Assembly: GCA_951406725.2 (NCBI GenBank)
Contig: OX597817.1
Coordinates: 35,402,001 to 35,466,000 of the forward strand
DNA: 64,000 bases
Direction of reading: 5' to 3'
Source of the DNA: Octopus vulgaris
Taxonomy: Eukaryota
Part shown: positions 35,236 through 47,560 of the stretch, in pieces
Layout: each line of letters starts with the position of its first letter
How positions within the stretch are numbered: position 1 is the first letter of the stretch
Translations under genes and position numbers: made by a program
Notes under the pieces: generated by a model
Told to the model about the DNA's origin: nothing
The model's database searches: none
What the model saw: only the letters and a program-made list of their open reading frames with translations

Positions 35236-38200
35236 TATGTTTGACTTTTGCTTTATGTCTGTACAAGTTGGCTCCAAGTCTCACCCAGATACCTCAAGAG
35301 ACAACGGGTTGGAAGTTCACGTTGTTGTTATTCCTAGTGTGCCATATATTTGGGTTTTTTTTTTTTTTGGGGTGTTGTACTAGTGAATGTCTGATACATA
35401 TATTAAAAAAAAAAGTTTGTTTTAAACCTTGGGATTACATAGAGAGTATTTTGCGGAGGATATGAGCAGTTCCCATGAGCACTATCTTTTGAATTTCTGC
35501 CATTTTGGCGTTTCCTGGTATCTGAGTTAGGTAGCAATCAGCCCCTTTCGCTATCATTCCCAGGGCACCTATGACAACAGGTATTGTTTTAGTCTTCAGG
35601 TTCCACATTTTGCTGATTTCTATTTCAAGATCTTTATATTTGCTCAGTTTTTGGTAGGTCTTGACAGATACGTTTATATCGATTGGGACAGTCATATCAA
35701 TGATGGGGCATGTTCTTTGTCTGAAGTCTTTCAATATGATGTCTGGCCTATTTGCATCTATCTTTCTGTCAGTTTGAATGGTGAAGTTCCAGAGGAGTGA
35801 GATGTGGTCATTTTCAAGCACTGGAGGTGGATTGTGTTCCCACCAGTTTTTTTCATGGGGCAAATCCAGGTTTTTGCAAATTACCCAGTGAATATATTGT
35901 GCAGCTCTATCATACCTGTTGAGATACTCTGTAGGCGCTAGAAGACTGCATTTGGAGACAACATGATCAATGGTTTCATTTTGTTGTCGGCATACACGAC
36001 ATGTTGGGCTACTGCCGTTCTTTAATATGTTGGCCTGGTAGTTTCTTGTAGGTAGGCATTGATCTTGAGCTGCTATGATAAACCCTTCTGTTTCAGATTT
36101 TAAGCCAGAGGCCATTAGCCATTGATGGGTCAGGGCTTTGTCAATATCTGCATTATTCGCTCTTTTTGGGTATTTGCCATAGAAAGGTTTTTCTTGCCAT
36201 TTATTATTCAGAATATCTAAGGCCGCAGTTTTGGCACGGGTTTTCATGCGCCTAGCTTTTTCTGTGCTTGTTTCTTGTATGTCTATCTCTAATTCCGAAA
36301 TTTGTTGTATTCGGAATTCACTTAGATATTCCTTTGCCTGTTTTGTTACTGAGTATGATGCTTTCTTGTTTTCATGTTTTGAGACATGTTTTAACATCCA
36401 GTCCTCAGACTTTTTCAGGTAGGTGTCTAGGCCAATTGTAGCAATCTTCATTGTTATTGCCAGTTGCAAAAGACCACGGCCTCCCTCTTTTCTTGGCAGA
36501 TAAAGTCGTTCTGTATCTGCCTTAGGGTGGTGCATTCTATGCATTGTCAACAGTTTTCTTATTTTTCTGTCGAGCTGACATATTTCAGTAATTGACCAGT
36601 TAACGATATTGAAACTGTAAATCACGACTGGTATGGCTAATGCATTGATCGCTTCGATCCTGTCTCTTGCATTCAGCTCTGTCTTGAGTATTGCTCTCAC
36701 TCTTCGATAGCATTCTCTCCTGATCCTTTCCTTCATCTCTGAATGCCTTATTCCGTTCCCTTCAATTACCCCTAGGTACTTGTAGCTCTCCGCTGGGTTT
36801 AGTTCTTTTATGACATTCTGCTGGTCAAGGTTAACGTTAGATGTTTCTGTCATTTTTCCTTTGATAAAGGTAGCTTTTGCACATTTATTGAGGCCGAATT
36901 GCATTCTGATGTCGTCACTGAATTGTTTGACTATCGCTAGTAAGCCCTTGAGTTGTTGGTCATTTTTTGCAAAAAGCTTTAAATCATCCATGTAAATGAG
37001 ATGATTTATATTTTTATCAAACGTTTTATACCCGTACTGCGCGTCATTGAGCAGTTTTGAGAGAGGTATTAAGGCTAAACAAAAGAGGAATGGTGACAGT
37101 AAGTCACCCTGGAAAATGCCACACGAAAGTTTTACATCACCAGCATTTAGGGATTCATTGTCACTGTTCAGAGTTAGTGTGGTTCTCCATGATCTCATAC
37201 TTACAGTCAAAAAGTTTCGCAGAGTAGGTGCTATCTTATACATTTCCAGGCATTTCCTAATCCAGCTATGTGGTAGGCTATCAAAAGCTTTTTTATAGTC
37301 TATCCAGGCTATTGATAAGTTTTTGTGTCGTTTGTGACAATTTTCTAAGATCATCTTATTGATGAGTAGTTTATCTTTACAGCCGTAGGATCCACGTTTA
37401 CATCCTTTCTGTTCATTAGGGAATATGCTGCTGTCTGTTAAAAAACTATAAGTATATTCCGTCAGGACAGATGTTAGCGTTTTGTACATAGTTGTTAAGC
37501 AGGTTATAGGTCTATAGTTTTTTGGTTCATTTGTTTCTTCACTTTTTGGAAGCAGGAATGTTAACCCATTAACTAGCCAAGGAGGCATCCTACTAGGGTG
37601 TTGCAAAACATCATTGTACAGTTCTGTTAGCAGTTCATGGCTCTCTGGGAAGGCATTCAGCCAGAAGTTAGGAATTTTATCCTTTCCTAGAGACTTCCAT
37701 TTGCTTGACTTCCTGAGAGCAGATCTTATATCTTCTACCTTGACACCCTCCCACTTTTGCTCTTCTAAGGGGTCCAGTTCTGTAGATATTCTGTCAATCC
37801 AGGGGGCCTTTTCGTTGTGTGTTTTTTCTTCTGCCCAAATTTTATTCCAAAATCCCTGCACTTCTTCTTTTGATGGTACAGACCTTGCAGTAAACGCTGT
37901 TTTTCCTATCTTCCTGTAAAAATTCTTGGGGTTATTTTTGAACATGTTGTTGTCCTTGAAAAATCTAACACGCTTTTCATACCTCGCTATGCGGGCAGCT
38001 TTGGCAGATACCTTTTGTTTGATGGTTTCTATGGTGGCATCAATATCAAGTATAGTTTTCATATTGTATTTTTTCAGCAATTTTTGGGTTTTTGTAGGTT
38101 TGGTAGTCTTGTGAACCTTAAGGTTTTTCAAATATTCAATGTCAGATCTAAATAGTTTAATTTGTTGTTGCAGACGCTCTTGCCAAGAAGGCTTTTTGTG

Positions 38201-39427
38201 GGAATGTTGCGGTTTTCTAATCTTTACACCACATAGGATCGTTGAGATTTTCGCGGATGCATAGTATAGGTGGTTGAGATTTGTGATATCAACATCATTA
38301 GCTGAAATTATATCCTTAAGTGCAAGCCGGATTTTACCAATTATTTTCATGTTTTGGTTAGAGTTGCGGATTTTAGGGAGTGTATCACGTTCATCCATGC
38401 TGGTTTCTTTAATTTTCAGCCATTCAAACATGATTTTATTTTTTAGCTCATGTAGTTCTGTTGGGTCAATATTTGTGTGACTTTCTTTATCTATTTGATG
38501 TTCATCTGTCTTAGTGTTTATGATTGGTTCAGGGAGTATTTCACTTTGCCTATCACTTATACTAACTCTTTCAATCCTTACTTCGTTTTTATCAGCCCTG
38601 GGCTGGTCTATAATTATTTCTCTGTATTATCTTCTCTAGCTGCAGCTTCGTTCATTTTATCCGATATTGCTTGTCTAACTTGATCAATCTCTACTTCAGT
38701 CAGTAATTTTTTTTTATAATGTTTCTTCTGACGTTGGCAAGTTTGTTACTGTCTATGTAGGGTCTTACTTCAGGGTGTTTCTGTCTCCAGTTTAAGTAGG
38801 TTTGTACAGTGTTAGATTTATCTGTGGGGAAATATATGGCATGGTAGAAGGCCTCAAGAACTTCTTTATTATCTTCCCTAGACTATTTTTCCTTCTTTTC
38901 CTTTTGATTATTTGGTGACGAGCATGGATGGCCATCTGTTGGAATATTCCGGTTGTGGGGTACGTCCAGCTCCTGTGTGCTGGGAAGATTTGATCCAGTA
39001 GCTGATTTTTCAATCAGAATTTGGTTCAATTTTCTGGTACGTGGTCTTTTGTAATCCGCGCGACGACCAATGCGGTTTATTGTTTGATTTGTTGACATTG
39101 AAGCATGACGAGCTTCCATTCTTATATTAGGAGATGGATCTGTCAGTTTAGGGTTCTCTACACGTAAGCATTGCTCGTAGCGCAGCTTCTTAAGGCTAGC
39201 AGATTTGTATTCGTCTGTATTATTTTTGTTGATAGTTTTATCTCCGAACATTTTTCCCCCTTCTCTTCCTTTTTTCCTCTCTCTTTCTTTCTATCTCCTT
39301 CTTCCCCTTTTTTCTTCCTTCTTTTCCCTTCCTCTTTTAAACTTATAAAAGGCTCACTCTGCCTGTATTAGTTCGAAATAATGAGAATAAAATACGGAGA
39401 AAGAAAAGAAAAAAAGGGATCTGTCAG
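35234..39427 (-). mobile_element. Near full-length R4/Dong non-LTR retrotransposon inserted in (TAA)n
   Basis: Long RT plus RLE ORF; (ATT)n at 35160-35233 and TTATTATTGTTATT at 39428; Dong elements are known TAA-repeat specialists. Confidence 0.92.
35435..38431 (-). CDS. R4/Dong polyprotein: RT, CCHC zinc knuckle, restriction-like endonuclease (998 aa open)
   Basis: NYRPITCL, EQKGC, WIDYKKAFDS, GIFQGD, YMDDLKL, YKYLG, CRVC..ETIDHVVSKC, NRPD, D.TVP, KLSKYKDL; N-terminal part (about 38430-39250) frameshifted. Confidence 0.93.
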   Translation of the reverse strand: MFEWLKIKETSMDERDTLPKIRNSNQNMKIIGKIRLALKDIISANDVDITNLNHLYYASAKISTILCGVKIRKPQHSHKKPSWQERLQQQIKLFRSDIEYLKNLKVHKTTKPTKTQKLLKKYNMKTILDIDATIETIKQKVSAKAARIARYEKRVRFFKDNNMFKNNPKNFYRKIGKTAFTARSVPSKEEVQGFWNKIWAEEKTHNEKAPWIDRISTELDPLEEQKWEGVKVEDIRSALRKSSKWKSLGKDKIPNFWLNAFPESHELLTELYNDVLQHPSRMPPWLVNGLTFLLPKSEETNEPKNYRPITCLTTMYKTLTSVLTEYTYSFLTDSSIFPNEQKGCKRGSYGCKDKLLINKMILENCHKRHKNLSIAWIDYKKAFDSLPHSWIRKCLEMYKIAPTLRNFLTVSMRSWRTTLTLNSDNESLNAGDVKLSCGIFQGDLLSPFLFCLALIPLSKLLNDAQYGYKTFDKNINHLIYMDDLKLFAKNDQQLKGLLAIVKQFSDDIRMQFGLNKCAKATFIKGKMTETSNVNLDQQNVIKELNPAESYKYLGVIEGNGIRHSEMKERIRRECYRRVRAILKTELNARDRIEAINALAIPVVIYSFNIVNWSITEICQLDRKIRKLLTMHRMHHPKADTERLYLPRKEGGRGLLQLAITMKIATIGLDTYLKKSEDWMLKHVSKHENKKASYSVTKQAKEYLSEFRIQQISELEIDIQETSTEKARRMKTRAKTAALDILNNKWQEKPFYGKYPKRANNADIDKALTHQWLMASGLKSETEGFIIAAQDQCLPTRNYQANILKNGSSPTCRVCRQQNETIDHVVSKCSLLAPTEYLNRYDRAAQYIHWVICKNLDLPHEKNWWEHNPPPVLENDHISLLWNFTIQTDRKIDANRPDIILKDFRQRTCPIIDMTVPIDINVSVKTYQKLSKYKDLEIEISKMWNLKTKTIPVVIGALGMIAKGADCYLTQIPGNAKMAEIQKIVLMGTAHILRKILSM

Positions 39428-40247
39428 TTATTATTGTTATTACTATCACCTTCACCACCATCACCATCATCATCATCATCAACATCACCATCACCATCAT
39501 CATCATCAATGACATTGTTTTATGTGTAGTCACAGCCACCCTCATCACCACTACTGCCATTGTGTGGGGGAATGGTTGGTTAAAGAGGTCATGTTCTATG
39601 GGTCTATAAATAGATTCAGCAGATGGTGGAGACAAAGGACATTAATGGTCAGTAAAAGGTCAAACCTGTTTACATTTATTTATTTTTTTCCCCTTTCTCT
39701 TTTCTTCCTTTCCACATACATATGTATATGTATATGTATACTCACACACACATATTATCTGATGTTTACGTCGATGATTTTTTAAAAAATTTCTGAATTC
39801 AATGTTATGTATATATTTTTTAAATTTCTGAATTCAGTTGTATGTATATATTAGCAGGTGCTTACTTCCATAATTTTTTATCGTGCATTTAATTGTGTTG
39901 TTACAATAAAAGGCAATTTTACACATTCTTATAGTCATGAGAGACGGCTAAATGTTCACACAAAATTGGAGATATTTATGTTTCTAATTTTTCTTGTTAG
40001 GTGTACGTTTGTATGAGCTGTAGATATGTAAGTCCCTTAACTTATTTTGAGGGAAATTCAAATTACTCACAGAAAACAGTAGATCTTCCAGTTTTCTACA
40101 GTTGTTTTTTTCAGTTGTCCTGCTGGGTTAGCTGTTGCCAGTTCAGAGCATCGGAAAAATACGTCCATCCTCTGTATAATCTGTGCTGTTTGCACCTGTT
40201 AGAACAACATGCCATCTGTCTACTTTCTTAATTCCTTTTCCCTCGGC

Positions 40248-40304
<57 letters not shown>

Positions 40305-40586
40305 TTTTTTTTTCTTCTTTCAAATTTGCTTCCATTTCTTGCCGAGTGTCTTCCCGACTCCTAGGGCAAAGAAACTCATAGTATACATTGGTAGGCCATT
40401 AAACCAAACTCAGTAGTTCGTTCATATTTAAAAAAAATTTTTTTTTTTTAAAGTTAGATTAAAATACATGAGCAGCAACAGTTCTCACATCGACAATGCT
40501 CTTCTCAATACGTGTGATGTACCAGTTAAGACAATCTTTTGCACTTCTTGCAGGGATGGTAAGCCAGGGATCATTCTCATATAATT

Positions 40587-40661
<75 letters not shown>

Positions 40662-41262
40662 GCTTTACTTCTCGAAACGTTCGGTCTTGTTTGCTCTGGT
40701 AGATTCTGTGAGAGGAGACAGTAGCCTGCTGCCAGAGTTCTCACAGTGTCTCTTCCCGTACATTATAAGCTTTGTTACGTGGTTGTTTATTATCGTGGGA
40801 GATATTCAATATCCAAGTACCCAAAATTTCTTAGCGGCATTTTATCTGTTTTTATGTTCTGAGTTCAAATTCCGCCGAGGTCGACTTTGCCTTATCCATC
40901 CCCGAAATTTCTGGCCCTGTGCCAAAAGTTGAAAAGAATCACAAGAAAGAATGTATTTGAAATGCTTTATTTCCGTTAAAATACATCGGATGTATTCACA
41001 AATAATGTTTCATTCCTACTTATTTAAGGGGTTTAGACGTGCTCAGGAGTGAAGTTTCTGGTTTCATTTTTCTAGTTGTATTCGAAATGACTTGTATGTA
41101 ATCACTACACAAATATACGATGTTTGCACGCATCCGAACATAAGTGGAGATTCACCGCCTCAAATTCATGCTTTGCTTGCTTTAGGCACTCAGTGATACA
41201 TGCCCCATTATATTTGTCTGCAATTAAAAACATTAAAAATATTAGAACTACACTGAAATTCA

Positions 41263-41357
<95 letters not shown>

Positions 41358-41451
41358 ATTTCATCAAAATTTAGATTCAAATGAATATGGTACTTAAGTC
41401 AGATGCACCAGAATTTTGTATGGTGTTATCCATATAAATCCATGGTGTGAT

Positions 41452-41709
41452 TATAATCAAAATAAGCAACAAGAATATCTTCGGTAATTTGGTACGATCG
41501 TTTCACGCTACATCATTTTATTAAACATTGTAAGTATTACAACAGTTTTAAAATACATGGAAATAAGTATATGTATTGATGGAAAACTTCTATTGGCTGA
41601 TGATTGCTCAACATTTTAAAACTGTTGTAATACTTACAATGTTTAATAGAATGATGTAGCGTGAAACGATCGTACCAAATTACCGAAGATATTCTTGTTG
41701 TTTATTTTG

Positions 41710-41715
<6 letters not shown>
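41452..41715. repeat. ~103-bp near-perfect inverted repeat with 58-bp spacer, ending in (TA)n
   Basis: Arms 41452-41554 and 41613-41715, two mismatches seen. Confidence 0.95.
41593..41678 (+). ncRNA. Type I minimal hammerhead ribozyme-like motif (Penelope type)
   Basis: TTGG-CTGATGA..long stem II..GAAAC-GATC-GTA-CCAA; stem I TTGG/CCAA; palindromic stem III ACGATCGT; U-U mismatch at the first stem II pair. Confidence 0.6.
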
Positions 41716-41753
<38 letters not shown>

Positions 41754-42079
41754 CTCTAAACATGAACAAAGAGAAAACACAGCAATGCGAGGACGTGGAA
41801 CAAGTATAGTGTTATTGGACGCTCAGGAAAGGAAAGAAAGAAGGAGGAATTAATGTTTCATAGGAAAAGGAAAGATCCAAGGAAGGGAAGAGGGAGGAAA
41901 AAATCGTCACATATATATATATGTTTCGTCAGAAACAAAGAAAAAGGAAAGTTACAAGGAAGGGAAGACGGAGAGAGAAAATCGCCAACGATACACACGC
42001 GGTCATATATTGAACTGACGGGAAGGGAATGGGTGAAGAAAAAGTTCTTTCAAAGACAGAAGAGTGCAAGAGAAGGAGG

Positions 42080-43352
42080 TATGTGTGTGTATGTGTGGGT
42101 ATGTGCATACGCGCAGGTCTCTGTGTGTGTGTATGTGTGTGGTTGTGGCTGTTTATTTATGTGTGTGCGTGTATGTATATGTAGCGTGTGTATTTTGTTT
42201 GCAGTGTGTGTGTGTATGTATGTATGTATGTGTGTGTTCGTGTGTGTATGTGTGTATGCGTAGGGGTTGTGTGTGTGTGGAGTAACTGTACTTTACTTTG
42301 TGTTTGTGTGTGCTTGTATGTGTATATGTGTGTGTAGATGTATAATTGTGTGCGTGTATGTATGAGTGTGTGCTGTGTGTGTATGGGAGGTATGTGTGGG
42401 TTCATTTGCATATGTGTGTATATGTGTATATATACATGTGTGCGTGTGAGTGTATGTGCGTGTGTGTGTGTGCGTGTAAATGTGTATGTGCTTGTAGTTG
42501 TGTGTGCGTGTATGTGTGTATGTGTGTGCGTGTGTGCGTATGTGGGTGCATATACGTGTATGCGTGGAGTTGTGGGTGTTAGGTATGTGTGCTTTCGTGT
42601 GCGTATGTACGTGCGTATGTGTGCGCATGTTTGTGTGTGCATGTGTGTGTCTGTGTCTATATGTGTATGCGTATGTGTATGTGTGTGTGCGTGTATGCAT
42701 ATATTGTGTGTGTATGTATATGTATGGGTGTGTATGTAAATTTGTGTATGCGAGTGTGCGCGGGTTGTGTGTGTAGTTTTTTGTTGGGTTTGTGTAGGCG
42801 TATATGTGCGTACCTGTGTGTATACGCGTGCGTGTGCTTGTGTGCGTGTGTTTGTGCCCATGTGTGCATAATTGTGTGCGTGTCTGTATGTGTATTGTGT
42901 GTTGGAGGTATATGTGCAAACCTGTGCTAGTATGTGTATGTATGTACGTATATATATGTGTGTGTGCGTGTATTATGTGCGTATGTATGTGCATGTGTAT
43001 ATGTGTGTGTGGGTGTATGTGCCTGTGTGAATGTGGAGATGTGTGTCGGGTTATGTGTGCATTTTGTTGCGTGTATGCGCGTGTGTTTGAGTATGTGTGT
43101 GTATGTGGTTGTGTGTACGTTTATGTGTGTGTGTATAAAGGTATGTGTGTCTCTGTGTGTGGGGTTGTGTGGGATAGGTATCTGTGCATTCCTGTGCGTG
43201 TGTATGTGTGTGTGTATGTTTGTGCACGTGTGTGTGCGCGCGCGTGGGTGTATGTGGGTGTGGGTGTGTATGCATGTATGCGTGTGTGTATGTGTGTATG
43301 TGTATGTATATGTGCATGTATATGTATTGTATGTGTGCATGTGTGCGTGTAT
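42080..43352. repeat. ~1.3-kb degenerate (GT)n/(RY)n tract
   Basis: Direct reading. Confidence 0.95.
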
Positions 43353-43549
43353 ATAGAAATAAAAACAATAATTTATAAAAGCAATTAATTATAAACAAAA
43401 AAAAAAGAAAATTATAAAAAAAATAAAATATAAAAATCAGAGTTGAAAAGAGATAAGGAAGTTAATACAATATAAATGGCGCAATTACAAGTAAAAATGA
43501 AAAATGAGAAAAGAAATTAAGTTGCTTGTTGCGGGAGGTGTAGAAGCAG

Positions 43550-43880
43550 TTAATAGGAGGAGGGGATTGTGTTTAGTCTGTGGGGGATAGTTGTCTGTAA
43601 ATCAAAGTTATAGCGCTGTTCCAGGCGGAGTCGAGAGTGTGTGGATCCGTGGTGTAGAGCGAGGCCAAAAAAGGAGACGTTAGGGGAGTGGTGGTTGGCC
43701 AAGTGGAAGTGACGGGCGACGGGAGTGTTCGAACGTAACTGAACATCCTTTAGATGTTCGGTGAACCGATCGGCCAGTCGACGGCCCGTCTGACCTACAT
43801 ATAGTTTCCCACAGAGGTTGCATTTAATGCAGTATATGAGGCTAGAAGAAGTGCAACTGAAGGAATTTCTAACTATCAAT
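43550..43880 (-). pseudogene. Penelope GIY-YIG endonuclease domain
   Basis: FSCTSSSLIYCIKCNLCGKLYVGQTGRRLADRFTEH..PVARHF..RLRLEQR..LQT..P..LN. Confidence 0.88.
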
Positions 43881-45392
43881 CTGGTCTCCCGGCTAAAACA
43901 GTAATGACAAATTTTTAAGTTTGCTTGACGTTTTATAAGTGTGAAAGGGATTAAAATTTCGATACTCTGTATCAAAGGTTCCAACAAGAATAGGCGAAAA
44001 ATCAGAGCTTGAGACAAGAAGGCAGTTTTGACCAATCGGAATTCTGTTTACATAATCAGTTTGACCGGTCATCTTCCTCTGTCGGTTGAGTAAAGTGTCA
44101 TGCAAGCTGATGTTTATTAGTAATTCAACTTATTTTGCAACACTTGTGCGTATTTATCAGCTTTGTTTTTGTTGATAAGAATTATCAACAACTTTTCCTG
44201 TGATCATGATTTGGCGAGACATACAGCAGTATGCTAAAGATCAGACACAATCTCTTGTGGGCAAGAAATGTAAAATAAAGTTTATTATAATCACAAACAC
44301 TTCGTAATCTAGTAACTTTCAATGTGATACCTGTTAAACAGAAATTATTTTTATTTAATATAGTTATATCGGCAAAAGAGACCGATGGAATAAATACCAG
44401 GGTTTTAAAAAATAAGTACTGGGGGTCAATTCATTCGGCTAAAAGTTCAAGGCGGTGCTCCAGCATGACCGCAATCTAATGACTGAAACAAGTAATTGAT
44501 AAAAGATAAAATATATACTCTTTAGTACCGAATAATCGTACGAAGTAAACCAGAATCAGCAATGAAACGAACATGCAAATTGACTTTAAATCTATTTCTC
44601 TTCGAAATCCGTCCGACTATGAGGGAAGCTTTAAGTCCTTTGAATAGGCAAGACTTTGATCTCTACCACACAAGGCAGTAGAAACATCAGCGCTTCAGGT
44701 TTCTGCAGACTTAACACAGCTAGAATGCAAGCAATATAATTTCTGCTTTTCTTTGTCTTCCTCTCTTTGACCTCTCACTCTTTTACTTTGACGCTCCCCT
44801 CTCGAAGAGAATAATAAAATGCGAAAATACTTAGACCACTGCTTTTTCTTACTACAACTGAAAGGCAAGCAGAAACAATTCTGCTTTTCACTGTTTTTCG
44901 CTCTTTGACTTAACACACTTTTATAAAAAAAATTTTAGTTCCCTTCTCAAAAAAAAAAAAACCAACAAAAAACAGGAAAGTAATTAATTCACTGCTTTTC
45001 CTTCTTTTCTCGCTAAGTACACAGAAGTTTTCCCTACTTACACTTGTTAAATAATATCGATTGTTTACAGTTCTCACTAAGAAAGCAAGGTATGGGAAAT
45101 AAAAGAAAATATCACAAATATAAGGAGGATCGCGAAAATGATCAATAATTAATTTTATATTACACAAAAATTATTAATTCCAGAAAAAAAAGTACGACAC
45201 GCAGTGCATGCATTGCATAATTAGACCCTTCGATCCTCATACACACATCATATGCACACGCGCGCACATACATGCATAAAAAAACTATATATCGATGTTC
45301 ACTTATGCAAATGAGTTCACATGTAACTTGTGTTGAGTGCTATACTGTCCTTGTATAATTTGTGTTTGTGTGTGTGTGTGTAAGTATGTATG

Positions 45393-46045
45393 TGGCGCAG
45401 GAGTGGCTGTGTGGTAAGTAGCTTGCTTACCACACAGCCACTCGGCGAGCTGGCAGAAACGTTAGCACGCCGGGCGAAATGCTTAGCGGTATTTCGTCTG
45501 CGTTACGTTGTGAGTTCAAATTCCGCCGAGGTCGACTTTGCCTTTCATCCTTTCGGGGTCGATAAATTAAGTACCAGTTACGCACTGGGGTCGATGTAAT
45601 CAACTTAATACCTATGTCTGTCCTTGTTTGTCCCCTCTATGTTTAGCCCCTTGTGGGTAATAAAGAAATAGGTAAGTAGCTTGCTTACCAACCACATGGT
45701 TCCGGGTTCAGTCCCACTGTGTGGCACCTTGGGCAAGTGTCTTCTACTATAGCCCCGGGCCGACCAATGCCTTGTGAGTGGATTTGGTAGACGGAAACTG
45801 AAAGAAGCCTGTCGTATATATGTATATATATATATGTGTGTGTTTGTGTGTCTGTGTTTGTCCCCCTAGCATTGCTTGACAACCAATGCTGGTGTGTTTA
45901 CGTCCCCGTCACTTAGCGGTTCGGTAAAAGAGACCGATAGAATAAGTACTGGGCTTACAAAGAATAAGTCCCGGAGTCGAGTTGCTCGACTAAAGGTGGT
46001 GCTCCAGCATGGCCGCAGTCAAATGACTGACACAAGTAAAAGTAA
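45393..46045 (+). mobile_element. SINE family B interrupted by a full SINE-A (45444-45670), TSD GGTAAGTAGCTTGCTTACCA
   Basis: 20-bp direct repeat at 45413-45432 and 45671-45690. Confidence 0.9.
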
Positions 46046-47420
46046 ATGAGAGAGTATGTGTATTTGTATGTGTGTGTATGCATGTATGTGTATGTGTGCG
46101 TATATCTATACACGTAGGTATGTATGTAAGAAAAATGCACACTACTAATTTATTGTTTGAACTCTTGGGTGAGGAAGGAAGTGTTTGTCAGTAACTGCCC
46201 GTATGTGTCATGGTCAAAAGCGAAAGCATCAAGTTATTTACATACTCTGGACTTAATAACACAGGATAGTTACCCTCTCTTCCTCCTGAATAAATAGCCT
46301 ATATGATTAACTCTAACAACATGTATGATCAGATTATCGTCTAAGTCATTCTGTAAAAACCCACCTAATGAAAAACAAAAAAGACGTATTTAAAATACTA
46401 ATTTCTGAAGTAACGAATATTTTATCTTGTGTCTGAAAGCCTTGATTATCCGAACAAACATACATGGTTGTTCATATATTTCCAGACCAATCTTAGCAAA
46501 AACATAACTAACAAAAAATTGAAACAAAATTAAACAAATTATTAAAATCGGAATATATTACTATCCATCTTCATTTATTTACATTTACTATTCACGTTTG
46601 ATTTTATTCCTTTTAGTAGAAATAATATGGTCGTGCTTTAGAGTATATAATCTCTTTCCTATCTTGACAGAAGGCGAGAAATTTTGTGGGTGGAAGAAAT
46701 TTATTTATCGATCCCAGTGCTCGACCTGTATTCATTTCATTGACTCCAAAAGGATGAAAGGCAAAGTCAACTTGAGCTTAGAACGTAAAGCGCCGGAAGG
46801 CGCAAGACCTGAAATTTTGGGGAAGGTACTTAATCGATAACATCAACCCCAGTGCACGACTGGTATCAATTTCATCGACTCCAAAAAGTATGAAAGGTAA
46901 AGTCGATCTCGGTGATATCAACTTAGAACATAAAGAGTTGGAAGCTTAAGAAGCTAGTCTGTTAACTTCTCGTGTCTATCTTTACATACATCTAACGAGG
47001 TGCTTAAAATGGACAGCTCTCGCGTATATAGAACGAAGATCAGACACAACGCATTAATTATGGTAATTAAAAAACCCAACAGTTTGTCTAACGATTTGCA
47101 GAAAAAGACGTTAAAAATCTTGGTTTGGCAGGTATAAAAAGTGAAATCAAAATTTCGGATTGAAGATTAAATCCTACATTATGAATCGTAATATCGATAT
47201 TACGATTCTTGTTTATTCTTGAACGTATTTCTCTTAAAATGTTTTATGTACAAATATGTTCTGTGTATTTATAGAAATTGATATTTCCATGCATAAAAGT
47301 GGTCAAGATGCCTGTTCTTTTTTTGTCCTTGAAAAGCAAGAGAAAAAGCTGTTCGAATGGATCCAAATACTAAAAATTCCTTCTGCATAATAGAATTTTG
47401 TATCACAGTAAGATTTTCTG

Positions 47421-47424
47421 CACA

Positions 47425-47515
<91 letters not shown>

Positions 47516-47560
47516 ACACACGCGCGCACACACAGACACACACACAAGCACACACACACA
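47421..47560. repeat. (CA)n microsatellite
   Basis: Direct reading. Confidence 0.95.

Larger units (their letters stand above)
41750..43900 (-). mobile_element. Penelope-like element 3' portion
   Basis: GIY-YIG endonuclease at about 43550-43880; purine-rich, partly duplicated block 41750-42010 taken as UTR/pLTR (extent uncertain). Confidence 0.6.

Noticed and set aside
42064-43398. Cys/Val and His/Thr-rich ORFs (also at 10-12, 34.7, 47.3, 53.3 and 54.5-55.4 kb)
   Set aside because: Microsatellite translations
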